A program made the position numbers and the translations under genes. A stretch of DNA of 50,201 nt from a virus (lineage: Duplodnaviria; Caudoviricetes), in the IMG/VR virus record IMGVR_UViG_3300025875_000618, positions 1 through 50,201 of that record. One strand, 5' to 3'. The notes under the pieces are model-generated. The model did not search any database. It was not told the origin of the DNA and saw nothing but the letters and a program-made list of their open reading frames with translations. This document shows positions 25,086 to 31,497 of the stretch, in pieces. Each line of letters opens with the position of its first letter. The first letter of the stretch is position 1.

Positions 25086-25175
25086 CTCCAGTGGGCGGGT
25101 CAGGGTCAGGAACCGCCCGGACCGCTGGAGGGATGCTGAGACGTGCCAGACCGGCGCGCCGTTGTTGAGGCGGCC

Positions 25176-25328
25176 CTAACGGTCCACGGCCAGGATGGTG
25201 GTCAGGAGCCCGTGGCGCAGGTCCCGGGTGCGGCGCAGCGGCTCCAGCGCGGAGCGGCCCATGTCCGCGCGGGACATGGGCAGGGTGAGCGCCAGGCGCT
25301 GCCGGTCGGTCAGGTGCTCCAGGGTCAC
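25176..25328 (-). CDS. Small hypothetical protein
   Basis: GTGA-coupled 50-aa ORF (VTLEHLTDRQRLAL...). Confidence 0.45.
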   Translation of the reverse strand: MTLEHLTDRQRLALTLPMSRADMGRSALEPLRRTRDLRHGLLTTILAVDR

Positions 25329-25537
25329 CGTGCGCCCCCCGGCTGCTCCTCCACGTCGTACAGCTTGTCCACGGGCGTGCCAGTGATCGGCGCGAAGCCG
25401 TGGCAGGCGATGCGCACGCCGATGACCTGCCCCCCGCGCCTGGACGGGCTCACCAGGCGCACCGTCATGGGGCCGGCGGGCAGGCCCACGATGACGTCAC
25501 CGGGCTGCAGGTCAGCGGCCCGCTTCTGGATGCTCAC
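25325..25537 (-). CDS. Small SH3-like hypothetical protein
   Basis: AADLQPGDVIV motif. Confidence 0.65.
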   Translation of the reverse strand: MSIQKRAADLQPGDVIVGLPAGPMTVRLVSPSRRGGQVIGVRIACHGFAPITGTPVDKLYDVEEQPGGAR

Positions 25538-26016
25538 GGCTGCTCCGTCTCCTCCGCCTGCTGGTCCAGCTCCGCGGCCCGCTGGTCCGCCTCCTCCGCC
25601 ATGCGCCGGTAGTCCGCGGCCAGCTCCCGCTGGGCGGACGCCCGGATGCGCAGGAGGCCGGCGTCCGGCGGACGCGGAGCCCGGGGTGCCGGCCTGGCTG
25701 CCTGGCGCTCCTCCGCGCGCTGCCGCTGGACCGTGATGGACCGGAAGGCCAGCGCGTCCGGCGGCACGGCCACCCGCTCCGGGGACACGCGCTGGCCGCG
25801 CTGGTTGCGGGGCAGGTCCTCCGTGCCCACCAGGTACGAGACCTCCAGGGAGCGGCGGAACCGCTTGCCCACGTAGGTCACCACCCGCCAGTCCCCCTCC
25901 GCCCAGACGCGGAACTGCCGCACGGTGTCCCGGCGGGTGGCCTCCCCCTCCAGCCCGTACCCGCTGTCCAGGGTGACCAGGCCCTCCGGCGGGGCGGGGA
26001 CGGGGCGTGCGGTCAT
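25534..26016 (-). CDS. Hypothetical protein
   Basis: GAGGAG RBS; ATGA overlap. Confidence 0.7.
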   Translation of the reverse strand: MTARPVPAPPEGLVTLDSGYGLEGEATRRDTVRQFRVWAEGDWRVVTYVGKRFRRSLEVSYLVGTEDLPRNQRGQRVSPERVAVPPDALAFRSITVQRQRAEERQAARPAPRAPRPPDAGLLRIRASAQRELAADYRRMAEEADQRAAELDQQAEETEQP

Positions 26017-26411
26017 CGTGCGGTCTCCTCTGTGACGTGCTGGGCGTGGGCCTGCTCCACCGCGCGGCGTCCGCCGCTGCTGGGGGCCACGTTCACCCGG
26101 TGGGTCCAGCTACTGCAGCTGCAGCGGCCGGTGGTGCCGTACTTCATGCCGGCCGCGCCGTTGATGTGCGCCAGCGGGGTCTGGCCCAGCTGCGTGCGCC
26201 CCAGGTGCAGCACGTGCTGCTCTCCGCGGGCGGCCAGGCACTGCGGGCACCGCGGCTTGCTGGTGTCCGGCCGCCAGGTGCCCGCGGGCAGGGCGGTGGT
26301 GCCGCAGGCGGAGGTGGCCGCCCCGGCGCGGACTAGGTGCCGGTGCTCGGACACCTGGAGGTGGTCCGTGCGCGGCACGGTCACCCACCGGTCCGGTGCG
26401 GTCTCAGGCAC
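26013..26411 (-). CDS. Zn-binding hypothetical protein
   Basis: H...ACG...CPQC and CSC...H..H motifs. Confidence 0.7.
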   Translation of the reverse strand: MPETAPDRWVTVPRTDHLQVSEHRHLVRAGAATSACGTTALPAGTWRPDTSKPRCPQCLAARGEQHVLHLGRTQLGQTPLAHINGAAGMKYGTTGRCSCSSWTHRVNVAPSSGGRRAVEQAHAQHVTEETAR

Positions 26412-26760
26412 GGGCGTCCTCCTCTGTGAGCAGCTGCTGCGCGGTCAGGGTGACCACGCAGTCCCCGGCCTGCGCCTCCAGCCACACGCGGTGGCGGCGG
26501 TACAGGTCCGCGTCCGTGACCACTAGGCACCCGTCTCCGTCGATCACCACGGCGTCCGTGTAGGTGACGGGCCGGACGGGGCTGGAGGCGTTGTGCCGGT
26601 CCACCTGGTCCGCCAGCTCCAGCGCGTTGGAGCGCAGGGCGGCGGCGTTGTACTCCGCGGCGGACACGTACTCCGGCCCGCGCCAGGCGGCCGCGTCCAG
26701 CAGGGCGGCCGCCCGGGCGTCCACGGCCGCCAGGAAGGCGGCGCGGTCCTCTGTGGTCAC
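26404..26760 (-). CDS. Hypothetical protein
   Basis: 118 aa starting just after the upstream stop. Confidence 0.65.
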   Translation of the reverse strand: MTTEDRAAFLAAVDARAAALLDAAAWRGPEYVSAAEYNAAALRSNALELADQVDRHNASSPVRPVTYTDAVVIDGDGCLVVTDADLYRRHRVWLEAQAGDCVVTLTAQQLLTEEDARA

Positions 26761-26764
26761 GGGG

Positions 26765-26938
26765 TCAGCGTGCCGGGACGGGGGACAGGGCGGCGGAGAG
26801 GAAGGGGCCCAGCACCACGGTGTCCTGGGTGGGCGCCGCGTGCGTGGTGGCCGGCCGGGGCGCGGCGTGGGCCGCGATGAGGGAGGCGGCGGTGACGCCG
26901 GAGACGGAGGTGTGGCGGGACATGCGGTGTGCGGACAT
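26765..26938 (-). CDS. Small hypothetical protein
   Basis: Preceded by RBS hairpin and boxed promoter. Confidence 0.55.
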   Translation of the reverse strand: MSAHRMSRHTSVSGVTAASLIAAHAAPRPATTHAAPTQDTVVLGPFLSAALSPVPAR

Positions 26939-26944
26939 GGTGTG

Positions 26945-27027
26945 CAGCTCCTCAGCTGGTGGGTGGTGCTGTGTACATGGGGAGTGTACATGACTGGGTG
27001 TCCACCACCCGTGCACGGACACGCCGG
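26945..27027 (-). promoter_or_regulatory. Promoter with two palindromic boxes and RBS hairpin
   Basis: Boxes at 26973-26989 and 27000-27016; GGACACGCCGG 27017-27027. Confidence 0.7.
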
Positions 27028-27071
27028 GGGCCTGCTGGCCTCCGCGGCGCCGCCCGGACCTCTCACGCCCG

Positions 27072-27508
27072 GGCGGCACCGTGGGGGTCAGAAGACCAGG
27101 AAGCTGCCCAGGGAGGCCACGGCCAGCAGGACGGCGCCCAGCGCGGCCAGGGTGCGGGCCACGCCGCTGCTGGTGTCGATGTGCCGCGGGCGGTCGGGGA
27201 AGCAGTGGGCGCCGGTGAGGTGCTGCCCGGTGGGGCAGGACTGGACGTCCGGGGAGTCCAGGACGGGCGCGGCCTGGGCGGTGGCGGAGAGGCCGGCCGG
27301 GGCGGCGGAGCCCAGCAGCGCGGGGCCGGCGGTGACGCCCAGGGCCAGGGCCAGGAGCAGCAGGGGCAGGAGCAGGGCGCGGCGGACACGCAGAGACATG
27401 GGGGGTCAGCTCCTCAGCTGGTAGGTGGTGCGGGTAGTGCTGGTATCGGCAGCGTCTGGCTCCCGCGGCACCCGCCTGTGTCACGCAGGCGGCACCGTGG
27501 GGGTCAGA
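27072..27508. repeat. 21-bp direct repeat at the 3' ends of two adjacent genes (27072-27092, 27488-27508)
   Basis: GGCGGCACCGTGGGGGTCAGA, identical in both copies. Confidence 0.8.
27088..27399 (-). CDS. Small secreted/membrane-anchored protein
   Basis: Signal-like N-terminus, CPTG...HC, C-terminal TM. Confidence 0.7.
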   Translation of the reverse strand: MSLRVRRALLLPLLLLALALGVTAGPALLGSAAPAGLSATAQAAPVLDSPDVQSCPTGQHLTGAHCFPDRPRHIDTSSGVARTLAALGAVLLAVASLGSFLVF

Positions 27509-27743
27509 GGCCCCCGGCGGCCAGGGCGTCCGCGGCCTCCACGCTGGCCCGGTAGTCCGGGAGCCAGCTGCGCTGCGCCTCCAGGTTCTCCGCGGCCACG
27601 GCGTGGGACTGCTCCGCCAGCTGGAGCATGTGGCGCAGGGCCTCCACGCGCTGCGCGCGGTGCTCCAGGGTCAGCTCCGCGTCCGCCACGCGGGCCTCCT
27701 GCTGGGCCAGGTTGGCGCGGGCCTGAGCGGGGGTGGTGTACAT
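27504..27743 (-). CDS. Small coiled-coil protein
   Basis: RBS hairpin element upstream; box at 27796-27812. Confidence 0.7.
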   Translation of the reverse strand: MYTTPAQARANLAQQEARVADAELTLEHRAQRVEALRHMLQLAEQSHAVAAENLEAQRSWLPDYRASVEAADALAAGGL

Positions 27744-27899
27744 GGTCAGCTCCTCAGCTGGTGTGCGCCCGGCTCCCTGCCGGACACGTAGGACCGTACA
27801 CCCCCAGTGCACGGTGCGGGAGTACGTGCGGCGCGCCGGCGTGTCCGGTGGTACCCGGCGGCCGGGAGGGTCCGCGCCTCACCTCCCGGCCGCCAGGGC

Positions 27900-28394
27900 T
27901 CAGGACACCCGCCGGATCATGGCGGCGGTGGAGGGGAGCCCGGGCAGCGGGCCCTCACCCTCCCCGGTCACGGCGGGGTAGGGCAGGCCCTCTGAGAACG
28001 GCAGCGCAGCCACCCGCTCCTCCTGGTCCAGCGCCCGGACAGCTCCCACGAAGTCTCCGCGCTGGATGCGCAGGGAGCGCAGCGACGGGCCGGAGCGGGC
28101 CGCGCGGTCCCGGACCGCCTGCCACTCCTCGTCCGCCACCTGCGCCTCCCAGCACTCCCGCTCGTACCGCAGCTCCGCCACCTCCGCGGCCAGCCGGCGC
28201 GCGGTCTCCTCCGGGTCCGTGTAGACCCGCCACGCCTCAGCGGCGCGCACGCAGGCAGCCACCCGGGCGGGGGAGTCCGCGGGCAGGGCGTGCCACGCCG
28301 GGGAGCCGTACTCCGGGACGTCCGGGTTGCCGGCGTCCAGCAGGTGCTGCGCCCAGGTGGAGGGCTGGCCGCCCGGGTAGACGGGGTGGGACAC
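27900..28394 (-). CDS. DUF2742-like protein
   Basis: PEYGSPAWHALP...RVAA...AAEAW; GGAGGAG RBS; box at 28425-28441. Confidence 0.75.
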   Translation of the reverse strand: MSHPVYPGGQPSTWAQHLLDAGNPDVPEYGSPAWHALPADSPARVAACVRAAEAWRVYTDPEETARRLAAEVAELRYERECWEAQVADEEWQAVRDRAARSGPSLRSLRIQRGDFVGAVRALDQEERVAALPFSEGLPYPAVTGEGEGPLPGLPSTAAMIRRVS

Positions 28395-28463
28395 GGTGGG
28401 CTCCTCCGGTGGGGGCGGGGGGCTGTACACCTCTAGTGTACGGCACGGGGGCCGCGCTGTCAT

Positions 28464-28917
28464 CCTGTCTGTGCAGGTCAGAGGCCAGACCACCCTCAGG
28501 GCAGCTCCCCGTAACCAGCGCAGGGAGCGGCCAGCGGCGGCTGTCCAGGGCGCGGAGCGGCGCAGCGGACCCTGGACGGCCGGTGGTGGACGTCCCAGAG
28601 TTGGTGGAGGGGAGAGGCCCCACCGCAGGTAGGCTCCCGGCGCTGGGCAGCAGCGAGACGGCACCTGGACCGCGAGGCACCAGGCTGAGAGCTGCGGGGC
28701 CGCGGACGGTGGACGGGTCCAGGGGACCTGGACGCCGGGCCGGTGAGGGCGCAAGCCCGACACTCCCTGGGGTGCGACTCCCCACCTGCTGCCCAGCACC
28801 ACACGCACAGGGCCCGGGTGCCGCGTACGCAGCTCTCCCGGGCCCATGCACCACGCAGCCGCGTGGCGGCCGTCTGCCCACCGGCGTGAGTGGATGCCAG
28901 ACACCACCACGGACAGG
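28464..28917 (+). ncRNA. Candidate large structured non-coding RNA (unknown family)
   Basis: Intergenic. Terminal 10-bp helix, 12- and 13-bp internal helices, GCAA tetraloop, 10-bp and 7-bp pseudoknot pairings. Two G-U pairs and the tetraloop favour the + strand. Confidence 0.55.
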
Positions 28918-28925
28918 CGCTCAGG

Positions 28926-29141
28926 CTACCGCCGTCCCGCCGCCCAGCAGTCCGGGCAGACGTCCCGGGTGTTCCCATTCGGGCCGCGCGTGACGTGCCA
29001 GCCGTACTGCTCCCGGGCGTCTCGCCGCGCGGCTTTCACGGAGGACTGCCCCTGCAGAGAGCCGTCGCCGCTGGGCTCGCAGTCCTCCCCTGCGTCCTCC
29101 CCGGCATCGCAGTACAGCCACACCGGACGGTGTGCGGTCAC
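28926..29141 (-). CDS. Small phage Zn-finger protein
   Basis: CD...C...AR..A...GW...DVCPDC. Confidence 0.7.
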   Translation of the reverse strand: MTAHRPVWLYCDAGEDAGEDCEPSGDGSLQGQSSVKAARRDAREQYGWHVTRGPNGNTRDVCPDCWAAGRR

Positions 29142-29836
29142 TCCGTCCGCGCCACGGTGTACGTGCCGGTCTGGCCGCGCTTGGCCGGGCGGGTGTAGAC
29201 CAGGCGGCCGCCCGGGACGGACAGGCGGTGCAGCGCCGCGGAGACCGCACCGTGCCGCCGGCCGGTCTCGTCCTCCAGGCGCGCCGCGGACACCGGGCCC
29301 AGCTGGGAGACCAGGGCCACCAGCCGGTCCGTGAAGTGCGCGGGCTCCGGCTCCGGCTCCGGGGCGGGCTGCAGCCGGCGGGTGGAGGTGGAGGGGCGCT
29401 CCACGCCGTCCCGGCCGGTCACCTTGTCCGGCAGCTCCACGCCGGCGGCGCGGGCGGTGCGGCGGTCGGTGGACACGGTGGAGGCGGAGACGCCCAGGCG
29501 CTCCGCGATGGTGCGGGTGGGCATGGGCGGCTGGGCGGTGGACATGGACACCACCAGGGCCACGCGCTCCTGCACCGGCAGGGCCAGCTCCGCCAGGGAG
29601 CCGAACTCCTGCTCGCAGTAGTCGTGCCAGGTGGGGTAGCCCAGCGCCGCCCAGGCGCGCTGCTCCCGGGCGGTGGCCAGGCCCTCCAGCGCGCCGCGCA
29701 GGTTGCGCCGGATGCTCACGGTCAGCTCCTGCGCGTCCTCCCGGGACAGCAGGGACGCCGGCGCGCCGGCGGCGGGCAGCAGCTCACCCTCCAGAGCTTG
29801 GGTGGCGGTGTGGACCAGGTGCAGCTCAGCGGACAT
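29138..29836 (-). CDS. Actinophage-type HTH DNA-binding protein
   Basis: RAWAALGYPTWHDYC..EFG, then HTH TRTIAERLGVSASTVSTD, VTGRDG; possible second wHTH at the C-terminus; box at 29882-29898 upstream. Confidence 0.8.
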   Translation of the reverse strand: MSAELHLVHTATQALEGELLPAAGAPASLLSREDAQELTVSIRRNLRGALEGLATAREQRAWAALGYPTWHDYCEQEFGSLAELALPVQERVALVVSMSTAQPPMPTRTIAERLGVSASTVSTDRRTARAAGVELPDKVTGRDGVERPSTSTRRLQPAPEPEPEPAHFTDRLVALVSQLGPVSAARLEDETGRRHGAVSAALHRLSVPGGRLVYTRPAKRGQTGTYTVARTE

Positions 29837-29912
29837 GTGGGGCTCCTCAGCCGGGTGGTGCGGTGGGTGGGTGAGAGGACCGTACACCAGGAGTGTACGG
29901 CGGGGCCAGTGG

Positions 29913-30371
29913 TCAGGCCGGGCGCGTCCCGCCGTGGTCGTGGCACGCCGGCCGGCCGCGGAACCGGTAGGTGGTGGAGCGGCCGCACGCGCCGCCGTTG
30001 GCCTTGCTGCCGGTGCAGGGCAGCGCGTCACCGGCGGGCGCGGCCGCGGAGGGCGTGCAGCCCCTGCAGTTGCGCTCCGCCCAGCGCGCGTAGTGGCCGT
30101 GCGGGCACATGGGCGCGGGCAGCAGCACCCGGGCCGGGCACTTCGGGTCCAGGGTCCAGCCGGCGGGCAGAGCGTCCTCCCGCGCGGCCGGCTGCAGGTG
30201 CGCGTACTCCAGCTCCTTGGGCACGAACCGTCCGCCGCGGCCGTGGTGCGCGCCGTTGGCGTCCACCACGATGCCGTCCGCGGCCAGCAGCTCCTGCACC
30301 AGCGGGTGCTCCGGGTCGTAGAAGTCCACCGGGCCCGTCTGGGTCATCCAGTCCGGCAGGGTGGCGGTCAC
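29913..30371 (-). CDS. Cys/His-rich hypothetical protein
   Basis: CPHG...CRGC and CTGSKANGGAC...CHDHGG. Confidence 0.7.
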   Translation of the reverse strand: MTATLPDWMTQTGPVDFYDPEHPLVQELLAADGIVVDANGAHHGRGGRFVPKELEYAHLQPAAREDALPAGWTLDPKCPARVLLPAPMCPHGHYARWAERNCRGCTPSAAAPAGDALPCTGSKANGGACGRSTTYRFRGRPACHDHGGTRPA

Positions 30372-30652
30372 AGCAGGCCCCGGGCGTGCAGGTCAGCCAG
30401 CTGGGCGGTGGCCAGGCGGGCGGCCGCGGCGTGGGAGCCCTGGGCCTGCGCCAGCAGGGACTGCGCGCCGTCCGCCCAGACCACGGGGACGATGCCGGGG
30501 GCCTCCGCCTGCGCGGCGGTCAGGCCGGACTCCGCCACGTCCAGCAGGTCCACGGCGGTCAGCCAGACGATGACGGAGGCGGGGTGCTCCAGCACGCGGT
30601 GGATCAGGTCCGCGGTGACCCCGGGAGCAGCTGAGGTGGAGGTGGCGTCCAT
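30368..30652 (-). CDS. Hypothetical protein
   Basis: AGGAG RBS before ATG; GTGA-coupled. Confidence 0.6.
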   Translation of the reverse strand: MDATSTSAAPGVTADLIHRVLEHPASVIVWLTAVDLLDVAESGLTAAQAEAPGIVPVVWADGAQSLLAQAQGSHAAAARLATAQLADLHARGLL

Positions 30653-30714
30653 GCTCCTATGTACGGCAGCTACTGCCCGGAGCTTGACCCGACGCCGGAG
30701 GATCACCCGGACGG

Positions 30715-30755
30715 GGGAGAGCCCGGGCCCCGGAGTAGTGGGCCCGGGCTCTCCC
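30715..30755 (-). terminator. Terminator closing the head operon
   Basis: GGGAGAGCCCGGGCCC / GGGCCCGGGCTCTCCC 16-bp stem. Confidence 0.75.
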
Positions 30756-30775
30756 GGTGCTGGTGGAGCGGGCGG

Positions 30776-30931
30776 TCAGCCGACGGTGACCACCCGGTAC
30801 CCGGAGGGGGACACGGACAGCGCCGCCACCGCCTCCGTGCGGGTCAGGTACGTGCCCTTCACCGCCCCGCCGCCGTCCTGCAGCTGGTACCGCTTGGCCG
30901 TCCCGCCGCCACCGCAGTTGCATCCCGCCAT
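30776..30931 (-). CDS. Small head-module protein (MAGCNCG...)
   Basis: 51 aa; CxC N-terminus and TEA motif, as in the small gene that follows the protease gene in actinophages; GGAGG RBS. Confidence 0.7.
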   Translation of the reverse strand: MAGCNCGGGGTAKRYQLQDGGGAVKGTYLTRTEAVAALSVSPSGYRVVTVG

Positions 30932-30932
30932 G

Positions 30933-31139
30933 TCAGGTCCTCCTGTCCGGGCCCGGCAGCCAGCTGCCGGGCACCCCGTCTGCGCTGTACGCGGCCTCCA
31001 CCCGCTGGCGGCCGCCCTCCTCCGGCACGGAGAGCGCCGCGGCGCCCTCCGAGAGCTCCAGCACCAGCGCGTCCACCGGCGCGGTGCCGTCCAGGGGGAC
31101 GTAGCGCACCACGTCCCCCACCTGGGTCTGGCCGGCCAC
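30933..31139 (-). CDS. Small hypothetical protein
   Basis: VGDVVRY...ALV...GSW..P; resembles neighbour 31141. Confidence 0.6.
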   Translation of the reverse strand: MAGQTQVGDVVRYVPLDGTAPVDALVLELSEGAAALSVPEEGGRQRVEAAYSADGVPGSWLPGPDRRT

Positions 31140-31140
31140 G

Positions 31141-31497
31141 TCAGACCCGGGCCGGGAACGCCCAGGTCCCCGGCAGCTGCTGGTGGTCGATGCGGTCCTC
31201 CGGGTGGTCCTGCGGGACGTCGTACTCCGGGTACGAGCCGTTGACGTTCTCCGCCCGCCCGTGCGGGGACTCCACCAGGAAGTTGTCCGCGTCCTGCCGC
31301 TTCCCCGGCACGCCCGGGGTGAACACCTGCAGGTGCACGTGGGTGGGGGAGGACAGGTCCGCCACGTACCCGGCGTCCACCCCCGGCCGGTACAGGGAGT
31401 CCTGCGTGGCGGTGATGATCGCGGGCACGGAGTAGTTCCCCGTCCGGGACCGGTACACCACGGTGCGGCAGATGCTGGGCCGCTGGCCGGCGCTCAC
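31141..31497 (-). CDS. Conserved phage hypothetical protein
   Basis: PSICRTVVY...PAIIT...VHLQVF...GTWAFPARV. Confidence 0.75.
   Translation of the reverse strand: MSAGQRPSICRTVVYRSRTGNYSVPAIITATQDSLYRPGVDAGYVADLSSPTHVHLQVFTPGVPGKRQDADNFLVESPHGRAENVNGSYPEYDVPQDHPEDRIDHQQLPGTWAFPARV

Noticed and set aside
28464-28917. Identity as RNase P RNA, tmRNA, tRNA cluster or group I intron
   Set aside because: No GAGGAAAGTCC / CGGCTTA P4 strands, no tRNA-like T-arm or CCA end, and no interrupted host gene seen. An Rfam search is still needed.
28237-28993. ORFs crossing the candidate RNA region, including the 336-aa extension of DUF2742
   Set aside because: Non-protein-like composition; DUF2742 has its own RBS and promoter box at 28394-28441.
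12605-29898. Repeated motifs as a CRISPR array
   Set aside because: Dispersed at gene starts, not regularly spaced with unique spacers; no cas genes.
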